DNA from: Candidatus Eiseniibacteriota bacterium
Lineage (GTDB): Bacteria > Eisenbacteria > RBG-16-71-46
DNA: 64,000 nucleotides
Direction of reading: 5' to 3'
Assembly (NCBI GenBank): GCA_031364845.1
Contig: JANLWX010000065.1
Location: 39,665-103,664 of the forward strand
Made by a program: the position numbers and the translations under genes. Every line of letters begins with the position of its first letter. The stretch's first letter is position 1. Below are positions 49,092 to 59,078 of the stretch, piece by piece. The notes beneath the pieces are model-generated. The model saw nothing but the letters and a program-made list of their open reading frames with translations. It ran no database searches and was not told the origin of the DNA.

Positions 49092-50912
49092 TTACGGAAT
49101 GCGGATGACCCGCCGCGTGTTCTGCCCGCCGGGATGCGCGTACCGGATCAGATAGAGACCCGGACGCGCCTTCTCGCCGCGAACGAGACCGTTCCACTCC
49201 ACCTGATGCAGGCCGGCTGGCCAAGTGCCGCGCGCAGGAGTTGCGACGCTTCGGCCAAGAACGTCGAACACGTCGACTGCGATCGGGCCTGAGCGTGCGA
49301 GCGAGAACGCGACGCGAACCGGTCCGACCCCCGGGCTCGGTCCCACGGAGATCAATTCGAATCCGGGCTTCGCAATCGCATCGACCTTGATCTCGGAACC
49401 GATAACCGCGACGTCCGTGCCTTCACGCGCCATTAGCCGGTAACGGTACTCAATATCAGAGGCGGCGGAGCGGTCGAGTTCGACGATGGCGTCAGCTTCG
49501 ATCGACTGCTCGGTCACGGGCCGGATCCAGGATTCCCCTTCGCTGTTAGCCGCTCGCTCGAGCCACACATCGGATGCCGTTGAACCAGGTCCTAGCTTCC
49601 AGGCGATCCGAACGCCTGCGTGCGCACGCTCGGCTGTGAACCGAAGCACGGTTGTCGCCGTTGACCCACATCCAATGCCGAGAGCACCCACCTGTCCGCA
49701 CCCTGGCCAGTTCACGAGTGGAGAGTCCGACTGGAGATAATAATCGCCGCTGTCGGGGTCACAGAATTGGGGATCTACGGAGAATTCGGTTGCGAATAGT
49801 TCGCGATCAGCGGCTGGCCCGAAACCGTTCTCGAACCAATTGTTGCACGCAAATGTCGCACCTGGTGATACCTCCCAATCCACACCGTACCCACCGTTTC
49901 TGTAGCCGATATTGCCGATGCATTCGTCGCCATCATTGTAGTCGTCGACGTTGATGCCGCCGTAACCGTTGAACGCGACCGTGTTGTTCTTGATCTTGAC
50001 CCCGGGCGACGCGCCGGAGTACCCGATGCCGTAATAACGTGAACCCGTCACGACATTCCATTCGACTACAGGTCTGCTGGACATGATATAGATACCGTAC
50101 TCCGACCCGCTCACCGTGTTTCCAGTAATGAATATCCTGCCGTTCTCGAACTGCATTCCCCCTCTGCAATTGCGAATTACATTATTCGTGATCGTTTTCA
50201 AGTCATGGCCGGAGTCGTAAATCCCTACCTGTGCGCAGTTCTCGATCAAGTTGTTGGTGACGATTGAATTGTAGCTGTTGTCGAGCGTCACGCCACCAAT
50301 GGTTCCGCGAATCGTGTTCCCATCAATGAGAACGTTTTCGGAGAACGAACTTATGCCGTGGCCGGGGCCGACGACGCACCCGCGCACGATAAAGTAATCG
50401 GAGTCGGAAGTAATTCCTCCCACGAGATGGCACGAGTCCACGATGGCGGTCTCAGTGGCGTCGGTTCCCGAATGCTCACTGGTGCTGCACCGCAGCAGCC
50501 ATGACGAGACGACGGTTGAATTGATCCGCGGCATGATGCAGTCAGCGAACTTCAGACGATACGCCCCGACGATCAACAGGTTCGAAGTGAACTCGAGCCC
50601 GCGAAACTCATAGAGCAGGCTGCCGTCGCCGGTGAAATCAAGCCCGCCGATTTCCGGGGGGCCGCCCGCGTCGTCGGAAGCAGTCATCAGCGAGAACTGC
50701 TGCCGAACGACGAGTGTCTCCGGATAGGTCCCGGGCCTGACGACGATCGTGTCGACGACGGCATCGATCGCTTGCTGAATGGTGGGCGCTTGGTCGGGAA
50801 CGATCAACGTCGTGGCCTGTGCCGAGGGGGCGGAGGCCAAGGTAGCGGCGAGTAGGACGCTCAACCTCAGAACAGTCGTGCGCAACGCGGCGTAGCTCAC
50901 AGCGGCCTCCAT
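49092..50912 (-). CDS. Secreted right-handed beta-helix (NosD/pectin-lyase-like) protein with C-terminal FlgD-Ig/T9SS-like domain
   Basis: 'VPDQAPTIQQAID', repeated 'I.NN.I' rungs, 'DPQFC', C-terminal 'VDVFDVLGR.V......G.H.V.W.G...PGLYL'. Confidence 0.8.
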   Translation of the reverse strand: MEAAVSYAALRTTVLRLSVLLAATLASAPSAQATTLIVPDQAPTIQQAIDAVVDTIVVRPGTYPETLVVRQQFSLMTASDDAGGPPEIGGLDFTGDGSLLYEFRGLEFTSNLLIVGAYRLKFADCIMPRINSTVVSSWLLRCSTSEHSGTDATETAIVDSCHLVGGITSDSDYFIVRGCVVGPGHGISSFSENVLIDGNTIRGTIGGVTLDNSYNSIVTNNLIENCAQVGIYDSGHDLKTITNNVIRNCRGGMQFENGRIFITGNTVSGSEYGIYIMSSRPVVEWNVVTGSRYYGIGYSGASPGVKIKNNTVAFNGYGGINVDDYNDGDECIGNIGYRNGGYGVDWEVSPGATFACNNWFENGFGPAADRELFATEFSVDPQFCDPDSGDYYLQSDSPLVNWPGCGQVGALGIGCGSTATTVLRFTAERAHAGVRIAWKLGPGSTASDVWLERAANSEGESWIRPVTEQSIEADAIVELDRSAASDIEYRYRLMAREGTDVAVIGSEIKVDAIAKPGFELISVGPSPGVGPVRVAFSLARSGPIAVDVFDVLGRSVATPARGTWPAGLHQVEWNGLVRGEKARPGLYLIRYAHPGGQNTRRVIRIP

Positions 50913-51181
50913 TTGATCAGCTCACTCCCGGGGAGGCGGGGCTTCCGCATCGGACCCGAAGTTCAGTGAAATTCTAACACCGTACACAGGCGGCCAATCG
51001 CACGAATTCAGGGGGTTCGCCTGGTCGTTTGGGTACCGCTCACCCTCAAACGGCGGCCAAAACATCCTTAAGCAGCTGCGGGAAAGCACCCCATCTGTCG
51101 TATGATGCCCGGCTTCATCCCACCCCACGCATGGCGCGCGTCGCCACCGCCGTGCCTCTCCCTGAAAACGAAGGACGTCTC

Positions 51182-52273
51182 TTGAGTCTCAAGTGTGGAA
51201 TCGTTGGTCTTCCCAACGTCGGGAAGTCCACTTTGTTCAATGCGCTGACCAAGGCCGGTATCCCGGCGGCGAACTATCCGTTCTGTACGATCGAGCCGAA
51301 CGTGGGCATCGTCGAGGTTCCCGATGACCGCATGAAGCCGCTCGCCGAGATCGTCAAGCCGCAGCGTATGCAGCACGCGATCACCGAGTTCGTCGACATC
51401 GCGGGGCTGGTCGCGGGTGCGTCGCGCGGCGAAGGGCTCGGGAATCAGTTCCTCGCCAACATCCGCGAGACCGACGGCATCGTGAACGTCGTGCGCTGCT
51501 TCGAGAACGAGAACGTCGTCCACGTCGCGGGCAAGGTGAATCCGGTCTCCGACGTTCGCACGATCAACACCGAGCTGGCGCTCGCCGACATGAGCACGGT
51601 CGAAAAGGCGCAGTTGCGCCACGGCAAGACGGCGCGCGTAGGCGACAAGTCGGCGGCGAAGCTGCTGGCGCTGCTCACGCAGGTCGCGGCGCATCTCGAT
51701 CAAGGCTTGCCGGTGCGGCTGATGAAGCTCGATGCCGAGGAGCGGGCGCTGCTGGCGCCGCTGTGTCTGCTCACGCTCAAGCCTGCGCTCTACGTGGCGA
51801 ACGTGGCCGAGCATGGATTCGCGGACAACCCGATGCTCACGGAGTTGATCGAGTTCGCGGCCGAGGAAGGCGCTCCGGTCGTGCCGATCAGTGCGGCGCT
51901 CGAAGCAGAGATCGCGGGGCTCGAAGACGCGGACAAGCGCGACTTCCTCGAACACGCGGGGCTCGCGGAGCCGGGATTGAACCGGCTGATTCGCGCGGGC
52001 TATGAACTGCTCGGTCTTCAGACGTACTTCACCGCGGGCGTGAAGGAAGTGCGCGCCTGGACGATCCACAAGGGTGACACGGCACCGGTCGCGGCGGGCG
52101 TGATTCACAACGACTTCGAGAAGGGCTTCATCCGCGCGGAAGTGTTCTCGTACGACGACTTCATCAAGTACAAGGGCGAGCAGGCGGCGAAAGAAGCGGG
52201 GCGCATGCGCGTGGAGGGCAAGGAGTACGTCGTGCAGGATGGCGACGTGATGCACTTCCGATTCAGCGTGTAA
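51182..52273 (+). CDS. ychF: Redox-regulated ribosome-binding ATPase YchF
   Basis: '[19 protein letters not shown]', '[11 protein letters not shown]', 'DIAGLV.GAS.GEGLGN.FL', TGS domain. TTG start. Confidence 0.97.
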   Translation: MSLKCGIVGLPNVGKSTLFNALTKAGIPAANYPFCTIEPNVGIVEVPDDRMKPLAEIVKPQRMQHAITEFVDIAGLVAGASRGEGLGNQFLANIRETDGIVNVVRCFENENVVHVAGKVNPVSDVRTINTELALADMSTVEKAQLRHGKTARVGDKSAAKLLALLTQVAAHLDQGLPVRLMKLDAEERALLAPLCLLTLKPALYVANVAEHGFADNPMLTELIEFAAEEGAPVVPISAALEAEIAGLEDADKRDFLEHAGLAEPGLNRLIRAGYELLGLQTYFTAGVKEVRAWTIHKGDTAPVAAGVIHNDFEKGFIRAEVFSYDDFIKYKGEQAAKEAGRMRVEGKEYVVQDGDVMHFRFSV

Positions 52274-52316
52274 TCGCCGGTTCGCGTCGACGGCGCGCCG
52301 CGCGCGAACGATCGAA

Positions 52317-53465
52317 TCAGCTTGCGGTGCGCTCCACCACCATCGCGGCTCCCATACCGCCGCCCACGCACAGCGTCGCGAGCCCGTAGCGTCCGCCCGA
52401 ACGTGCGAGTTCGCGCAGCACCGTGCCGACCAGCCGCGCGCCGCTCGCGCCGAGCGGATGCCCGAGCGCGATCGCGCCGCCGTTCACGTTCGTGCGGTCT
52501 TCGGGCAGTCCGAGCTCGCGCGTCACCGCGACCACTTGTGATGCGAACGCTTCGTTCAGCTCGATGCGGTCGATGTCCGCGAGCGTGAGCCCCGCGCGCG
52601 CGAGCGCGGGCGGCACCGCCTCGACAGGGCCGATGCCCATGAACGCGGGATCGACACCCGCGACGGTATAGGCGACGAAGCGTCCGAGCGGGCGCAGGCC
52701 GTGGCGCTCAACGGCCTCCGACGACGCGACCAGCAACGCCGACGCGCCGTCGCTGGTGGGGCACGAATTGCCCGCCGTGACGGATCCATTCGCGGCGAAC
52801 GCGGGCTTGAGCGCGGCGAGTTTCTCGAGCGACGTATCCGGACGGATCGAGTCGTCCTCGATGGCCGGTTCCGCGTCACCGTCTGTCACGGGAACGATCT
52901 CATCCGCGAACACTCCGCGTGCGCGCGCGGCTGCCGCGCGCTGATGCGAGCGCAGAGCCCACGCATCCTGATCGGCGCGCGTCACGCCGTAACGCTTCGC
53001 GACGCGCTCGCCGGTTTCGCCCATCGTGATGTAGATGTCGGGCCGCCGGGCAAGCCAGTCGGGATTCGGCGAAGGATTCGCACCGCCGAGCGGGATGCGC
53101 GACATCGACTCCATGCCGCCGACCAGCACCATCGACGCCTCGCCGAGGCGCACCTTGGCGCATGCGATCGCCGTGGCTTCGAGGCTGCTCGCGCACAGGC
53201 GCGTGAGCGTCATTGCCGGAATCGAAAATGATAGCCCCGCACCGAGCGTAATCGCGCGCGCGACGTTGCGGCCCTGTTCGCCTTCGGGGTACGCGCAGCC
53301 GACGATCACTTCATCGAGATCCGCGGCCGAGGGCTGCAATGACGCCATAATACTGCGGAACAGGCCTGCGAGCAGGTCGTCCGCGCGCCGGTTCGCCAGC
53401 GCACCTTTGGTCGCGCGAGTGAACGGCGTGCGGCGCGCCGCGCAGATCCAGGCGGTCTCACTCAT
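52317..53465 (-). CDS. Thiolase (acetyl-CoA C-acyltransferase)
   Basis: 'RLCASS', 'GG.ESMS', 'ELNEAFA', '[14 protein letters not shown]', 'LCVGGGMG'. Confidence 0.93.
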   Translation of the reverse strand: MSETAWICAARRTPFTRATKGALANRRADDLLAGLFRSIMASLQPSAADLDEVIVGCAYPEGEQGRNVARAITLGAGLSFSIPAMTLTRLCASSLEATAIACAKVRLGEASMVLVGGMESMSRIPLGGANPSPNPDWLARRPDIYITMGETGERVAKRYGVTRADQDAWALRSHQRAAAARARGVFADEIVPVTDGDAEPAIEDDSIRPDTSLEKLAALKPAFAANGSVTAGNSCPTSDGASALLVASSEAVERHGLRPLGRFVAYTVAGVDPAFMGIGPVEAVPPALARAGLTLADIDRIELNEAFASQVVAVTRELGLPEDRTNVNGGAIALGHPLGASGARLVGTVLRELARSGGRYGLATLCVGGGMGAAMVVERTAS

Positions 53466-53532
53466 CGCGCGGTGCGCCGGGATGCGTCATGCGCCGCGTC
53501 GGCGGCAAGAGCCCACACCATGATGCGCGTGC

Positions 53533-55056
53533 TCACGACTCGCGCCGCAACTTCCCGCGATCCACTTTGCCGAGATGCGTGCGCGGCAGAGCGTCGACGA
53601 ACGTCACATCGCGCGGATGCTTGTAGGCCGCGAGCCGTTCGCGCACGAACGCGCGCAGTTCCTCGCCGAGGCCGTCGCGTGTCGCGCGCGCCACCACGAA
53701 CGCGATCGGCTTCATGAGTCCGTTGGCGTCGCTTGCGCCGATCACTGCGGCTTCCGCGACCTCCGGGTGTTCGAGTAGGCAGCTTTCGACTTCGGCTGGG
53801 GCGAGCCACTTGCCCGACACCTTCAACATCTCGTCGCCGCGGCCGTGGTAGGTGACGAAGCCGTCGGGGTCCATCTGGATCATGTCGCCCGACACGTACC
53901 ACTCGCCGCGGAATCCGGACTCGGTCTTCTCCATGTTCTGCCAGTAGGCGATCGCGCGCGCGCCGCCGCGCACCCACAGCCATCCGATCTCGCCGCGCGG
54001 CAACTCGGCGCCCGATTCGTCGCACACCTTCACTTCGAAGCCCGGTACGACCTGCCCGAGCGTTCCGGGATGTGCCGCGCCGGGACGGTTCGAGACGAAG
54101 ATGTGCCACATCTCGGCAGTGCCGAGGCCGTCGAGCAGATCCACACCGAACGTCTCGCGCCAGCGCCGGTCGAGTTCGACCGGTAACGCCTCGCCCGCGG
54201 AGGTGCACACGCGCAGCGACGCGAAGTCCTGCGCGGTGGCATCGTCGTGCGACACCATGCGGTTGATCATGGTCGGCACGTTGATCAACACCGTGGGCCG
54301 GTGGCGACCGATGCGCTCGAACAGCACGTCGGCGCTCGCGGGTTCCTTGAACAGCACCGTCGATGCGCCCGCCCGGAACGGGAAGAACAGGTTCGATCCG
54401 GTGGCGTATCCAAAATAGAGCTTGGGCACCGAGAGCGTGATGTCGTCTTCGCGATAGCCGATCACGCCCAGCGCGTAGCATTCGGTGGTGTAGGCGAACG
54501 CGCGATGGGTCTGAACGACCGCCTTGGGGCGGCCGGTGGTGCCGCCCGAGAACAACCAGATCGCCGCGTCGTCGCGATGGGAACGGAAGTTCTCGAACGC
54601 CGCGTCGTGCGAGGCGATCTCGCGCCCCCAGCCGTCGCCACCGGCGACGATCGTGTGCTTCACATGCGGGGCGTCGCACGCGGCGGCAAAGAACGGTGCG
54701 GCGTATTCGTGGTCGACGACCACCACGCGGGCGCGCGTGTATTCGAGCAGCCGCGCGATGTCGGCCTGCTCGAGCGCGGGATTCGCCATCACGACGACCG
54801 CGCCGAGCTTGAGCGTTCCGAACAATGCCGCGACGTAGTCGGCGCCGTCCTGAAGCGCCAGCAGCACGCGCTGCTCGGATTCGACGCCGCTCTTCGCGAG
54901 CAGGTTCGCGTAGCGGTTCGCGAGGCGCTGCATCTCGGCGTAGGTGTATGTGCCTTCGTCGGTGCGCACGGCGATACGATCGCCGCGGCCTTCGCGCACG
55001 CGATCGTCGAGGAAGTAATCCGCGATATTGAATTGTTCCGGCGGTTCGTACGTCAT
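53533..55056 (-). CDS. Benzoate/2-aminobenzoate-CoA ligase family
   Basis: 'FSGGTTGRPK', 'KLYFGYATG', 'SAGEALP', 'DGLGTAE..HIF', 'LPRT..GK'. Confidence 0.88.
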   Translation of the reverse strand: MTYEPPEQFNIADYFLDDRVREGRGDRIAVRTDEGTYTYAEMQRLANRYANLLAKSGVESEQRVLLALQDGADYVAALFGTLKLGAVVVMANPALEQADIARLLEYTRARVVVVDHEYAAPFFAAACDAPHVKHTIVAGGDGWGREIASHDAAFENFRSHRDDAAIWLFSGGTTGRPKAVVQTHRAFAYTTECYALGVIGYREDDITLSVPKLYFGYATGSNLFFPFRAGASTVLFKEPASADVLFERIGRHRPTVLINVPTMINRMVSHDDATAQDFASLRVCTSAGEALPVELDRRWRETFGVDLLDGLGTAEMWHIFVSNRPGAAHPGTLGQVVPGFEVKVCDESGAELPRGEIGWLWVRGGARAIAYWQNMEKTESGFRGEWYVSGDMIQMDPDGFVTYHGRGDEMLKVSGKWLAPAEVESCLLEHPEVAEAAVIGASDANGLMKPIAFVVARATRDGLGEELRAFVRERLAAYKHPRDVTFVDALPRTHLGKVDRGKLRRES

Positions 55057-55135
55057 GATAGGTTCCGTCGTCCGCCGCGCATGATGGAGGCGAGTACTGC
55101 CGCGTGGCAAACGGAATGATTCCGGAGGTGAGTCC

Positions 55136-55894
55136 TTGCTTCACGAGCTGGCGGAGATGACCTACGAGAATGTGCGCGATCTCAATCTCGCGCGCACCGT
55201 TGGCGTGTTGCCGGTCGGTGCGATCGAGGCGCATGGCCCGCATCTGCCGCTGGCGACCGATGTCGTGATCGCGCAGGCGATGGCGCGCGCGGGGGCTGCG
55301 GCGCTCGAAGCGCGCGGCATTCGCGCGGTGCTCCTGCCCGCGCTGCCTTACACCGCAGCACCATTTGCCGCGGGATTCGCGGGAACGTTGTCGATCGCGC
55401 CGCAGACCGTAACCGCGCTCATCGTCGATGTCGCGTCGGAACTCACGCGGCACGGGTTCGCGGCACTCGCGATCGCGAATGCGCATCTGGATCCGGCGCA
55501 TCTCGGCGCGCTCACGGCGGCGGTCGCGACGGCGTCCGAGCGGAAACTGCTTCCCGTCGTGTTCCCCGATCTCTCTCGCCGCCGCTGGGCGGAGCGGCTC
55601 ACCGAGGAATTCCGTACGGGCGCGTGTCACGCCGGTCGCTACGAAAGTTCGGTCGTGCTCGCCGAGCGTCCCGACCTCGTGCGTGAGCCGTTGCGTGTCG
55701 CGCTCGAACCGAACCCAGCGTCGTTGGTCACCGCGATTCGCGAAGGCGCTGCGACTTTCGAAGCCGCAGGCGGCCCGCGCGCCTACTTCGGGTGGCCCGC
55801 CGAAGCCTCGGCCGATGAAGGCCGCGCGACGATCGCATCACTCGGCGAGATCCTGGCCGACGCCGTCGCCGAAGCGCTGAAAGACAACGCGTGA
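55136..55894 (+). CDS. Creatininase-family amidohydrolase / deformylase
   Basis: 'LPVGAIEAHGPHLPLATD', 'F.GTLSI', 'NAH', 'HAG.YESS'. Confidence 0.88.
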   Translation: MLHELAEMTYENVRDLNLARTVGVLPVGAIEAHGPHLPLATDVVIAQAMARAGAAALEARGIRAVLLPALPYTAAPFAAGFAGTLSIAPQTVTALIVDVASELTRHGFAALAIANAHLDPAHLGALTAAVATASERKLLPVVFPDLSRRRWAERLTEEFRTGACHAGRYESSVVLAERPDLVREPLRVALEPNPASLVTAIREGAATFEAAGGPRAYFGWPAEASADEGRATIASLGEILADAVAEALKDNA

Positions 55895-57075
55895 GCGCGC
55901 CGATGCTCGCCGGCCGCCGCGCCGTCGTCACCGGTGGCGGGCGCGGAATCGGAAGCGCGATTGCCGCGGCACTCGCCGATGCGGGAGCGGCGGTCGTGGT
56001 CGCCGCGCGCTCGGAGAACGAGATCGAGCGGGTGGCGGGCGAACTGCGCGCGCGCGGCGCGCGCGCACACGCGGTCACGTGCGATGTGACCGACGAAGCG
56101 AGCGTGAGGCGGCTCGGCGAGCAGACGCGCGAGCATCTGGGCGGGGTCGATGTGCTCGTGAACAACGCCGGCGACGGCGCGGCAGCACCGCTCGCGAAGA
56201 TCTCGCTCGACGATTGGAACCGTATGCTCGCGGTCAACGCGACCGGCGCATTCCTGTGCGCGCGAGAGTTCGCGCCTTCGATGGCCGAAGCCGGCTACGG
56301 CCGCATCGTGAGCGTCGCCTCGGTCGCGGGGCTGGTCGGCGCGCGTTACGTGGCGCACTACACCGCAGCCAAGCACGCGGTGGTCGGCCTCACGCGCGCG
56401 CTCGCGGCCGAGTACGCGGGCACCGGTGTCACGGCGAACGTTGTGTGCCCGGCCTACGTCGACACTCCGATGACCGCACGCACCATCGCACAGGTGCAGG
56501 CGCGCACCAGGCGCACGCCCGAAGCGGCACTTGCGGCGGTGCTGGCGAGCGCGAGTCAGCGCCGGCTGGTGCAACCGAAGGAAGTCGCGGATCAGGTGCT
56601 GGCTCTGTGCGCGGGCGACGACACCGGCCAGGCGCTGGTGCTGAGCGGAGGAGGAACGCAGGACATGCCGTTCGAGATCGTGAACCCGCCCGAGCTGGGA
56701 GAACCGCGCGGCTGGAACAATGGGCTGCTGGCACCGGCCGGCGGCCGCATCCTGTTCATCGCGGGCCAGGCGGGATGGGAAACCGCGAACGAAGCGACAC
56801 CGCCGGGATTCGCGGATCAATTCGCGCGCGCGCTCGACAAGATTCTCGCGGTCGTGCAGGCGGCGGGCGGAACCGCGCAGGACGTCGCGCGCCTCACGCT
56901 CTATGTCACCGAACTGGATGCCTATCGTGCGGACCTCAAGAACCTCGGCCGCCTTTGGCGCGAGCGGTTCGGCACGTATTATCCGGCGATGGCGCTCGTC
57001 GAAGTGAAGGGGCTCGTGGATCGCGGGGCTCTGCTCGAGATCGAGGCCACCGCCGTGCTCGGAGGATCCCGTTGA
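55891..57075 (+). CDS. SDR oxidoreductase fused to a RidA-family domain
   Basis: SDR motifs 'TGGGRGIG', 'NNAG', 'YTAAKH'. RidA domain from 56665 ('LFIAGQ', 'YPAMALVEV..L...LEIEA'). Confidence 0.85.
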   Translation: MSAPMLAGRRAVVTGGGRGIGSAIAAALADAGAAVVVAARSENEIERVAGELRARGARAHAVTCDVTDEASVRRLGEQTREHLGGVDVLVNNAGDGAAAPLAKISLDDWNRMLAVNATGAFLCAREFAPSMAEAGYGRIVSVASVAGLVGARYVAHYTAAKHAVVGLTRALAAEYAGTGVTANVVCPAYVDTPMTARTIAQVQARTRRTPEAALAAVLASASQRRLVQPKEVADQVLALCAGDDTGQALVLSGGGTQDMPFEIVNPPELGEPRGWNNGLLAPAGGRILFIAGQAGWETANEATPPGFADQFARALDKILAVVQAAGGTAQDVARLTLYVTELDAYRADLKNLGRLWRERFGTYYPAMALVEVKGLVDRGALLEIEATAVLGGSR

Positions 57076-57878
57076 GCGTATCGATCCAGCCCCAGTCGTT
57101 CCTGTATGCGCTCGATGCCGCGACCGGCGTCGCCACCATCACGCTCAACCGCCCCGAGCGTTTGAATGCGCTCACGTTTCAGGTCTACGGCGAGCTGCGT
57201 GACACGTTCGCGGCACTCGACACCGAGCCCGGCGTGCGCGCGATCGTGATCACCGGTGCGGGGCGCGGGTTCTGTTCGGGCGGCGATGTCGAGGACATCA
57301 TCGGCGCGCTGTTCGGCCGCGACGCCGCGGGGCTGCTCGAGTTCACGCGCATGACCGTCGACCTCGTGCGCCAGATGCGCGCGTGCCGCAAGCCGGTGAT
57401 CGCCGCGTTGAACGGCACGGTCGCAGGCGCGGGTGCCGTGATCGCGACCGCGTGCGACATCCGGATCGCCGCACCGTCGGCCAAGATCGCGTTTTTGTTC
57501 GTGCGCGTCGGATTGTCGGGCGCCGACATGGGGGTGTCGTGGATGCTGCCGCGCATCGTGGGTCTCGGTGCCGCAACCGAGCTATTGATGACCGGTGACT
57601 TCATCGACGCGGCCCGCGCGCACGAGATCGGGCTCTACAATCGCGTCGTGCCGCAGGAGCAGGTGCTCGCCGAAGCGACCGCACTCGCCGTGCGTCTCGC
57701 GCAGGGTCCGCAGGCGGGACTTGCCGAGACCAAGCGCGCGCTCGATGCCGAAGCGTCGATGGATTTGGATCAGGCGCTCGAGTACGAAGCGGTGGTGCAG
57801 GCGAAGCTGATGGAGCATCCCGACTACCGCGAGGCATACGAAGCGTTCCGCGCCAAGCGGGCGCCGCGCTTCGCATGA
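57072..57878 (+). CDS. Enoyl-CoA hydratase family
   Basis: 'ITLNRPERLNAL', 'FCSGGD', 'ALNG..AGAG', 'GLSGADMG'. Confidence 0.92.
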   Translation: MSVSIQPQSFLYALDAATGVATITLNRPERLNALTFQVYGELRDTFAALDTEPGVRAIVITGAGRGFCSGGDVEDIIGALFGRDAAGLLEFTRMTVDLVRQMRACRKPVIAALNGTVAGAGAVIATACDIRIAAPSAKIAFLFVRVGLSGADMGVSWMLPRIVGLGAATELLMTGDFIDAARAHEIGLYNRVVPQEQVLAEATALAVRLAQGPQAGLAETKRALDAEASMDLDQALEYEAVVQAKLMEHPDYREAYEAFRAKRAPRFA

Positions 57879-59032
57879 ACGTCACACCCGACGCCTCGGC
57901 GATTTGCGCATTCCTCGACGAAGCGCACGTGGAGTTCGCCGCGGCGGTCGGTACCTGGGCCGCGCGCGATCTCGCACCGAAACCCGAGTCCGTGGACGAT
58001 GCGGCCGGACGCATCGAAGCGCGCGCTTTGCTCGCGACGATGGGCGCCGGCGGTTGGTTCGCCCCGATCGGCCGCGGCGACTGGCGCGCGTGCTGCCTCG
58101 CTCGCGAAGCGATCGCCGCGGCGTCGCCGCTCGCCGACGCGGTGTTCGCGCTCCAGGCGCTCGCCGTGGTTCCGCTCCAGCTCGGCGACAACGACGCGAT
58201 GCGCGCGCGCTGGCTCGACGATGCGATCGCGGGCCGCGCGATGGGCGCGTTCGCGATGACCGAACGCGAAGCCGGCACCGACGTCGCCGCCATGGTCACC
58301 ACCGCGCGCCGCGAGGGCGGCGACTACGTGCTCGACGGCCGCAAGGTGTTCATCTCGAACGCCGGCATCGCCGACTTCTACAACGTGTTCGCCACCACCG
58401 ATCCCGCGGCGGGCGGCAAGGGCATCGGGTGCTTCGTGGTGCCGGCGGACGCCAAAGGGTTTCGCTTCGAGCGGCCGTTCGTGCTGTCGTCGCCGCATCC
58501 GCTCGGCGAGATCGTGTTCGAATCGTGCCGCATTCCCGTAGCGAACCGGCTGGGCGCCGAAGGCAAGGGCTTTGCGCTCGGCCTGAAGACGCTCGACCGC
58601 CTGCGCCCGACGGTCGGTGCCGCCGCGTGCGGCATGGCGGCGCGCGCGCTGGCCGAGGCGCTCGCGCATGCGCGCTCCCGCCGTCAGTTCGGCAAGCCAC
58701 TCGCCGAGTTCCAGCTCGTGCAGGAGAAGCTCGCGCGCATGGCGATCGATCTCGATGCCGCGCGACTGCTGGTGTATCGCGCGGCGTGGCTCGCCGACAC
58801 CGGCACCGGGCGCAACACGATGGCCGCGGCGATGGCGAAGTCATTCGCGACCGAAGCCGCGCAGCGCATCGTGGACGACGCGGTCCAGGTGCTCGGCGGC
58901 AGCGGCGTGCTCGCCTCGCATCCGGTCGACCGGCTCTATCGTTCGGTGCGCGCACTGCGGATCTACGAAGGCACCACCGAGATCCAGCACCTCGTGATCG
59001 CGGCACAGTTGCTGGCGGAGAAGGACGCGTGA
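57875..59032 (+). CDS. Acyl-CoA dehydrogenase
   Basis: 'FAMTE..AGTD', 'G.K.FISN', 'R.QFG', 'Q.LGG.G', '[10 protein letters not shown]'. Confidence 0.92.
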   Translation: MNVTPDASAICAFLDEAHVEFAAAVGTWAARDLAPKPESVDDAAGRIEARALLATMGAGGWFAPIGRGDWRACCLAREAIAAASPLADAVFALQALAVVPLQLGDNDAMRARWLDDAIAGRAMGAFAMTEREAGTDVAAMVTTARREGGDYVLDGRKVFISNAGIADFYNVFATTDPAAGGKGIGCFVVPADAKGFRFERPFVLSSPHPLGEIVFESCRIPVANRLGAEGKGFALGLKTLDRLRPTVGAAACGMAARALAEALAHARSRRQFGKPLAEFQLVQEKLARMAIDLDAARLLVYRAAWLADTGTGRNTMAAAMAKSFATEAAQRIVDDAVQVLGGSGVLASHPVDRLYRSVRALRIYEGTTEIQHLVIAAQLLAEKDA

Positions 59033-59078
59033 GATCGAGTCGCGCCCCATTCGCGCACTGCGCCGCGCGGCCGATCGC

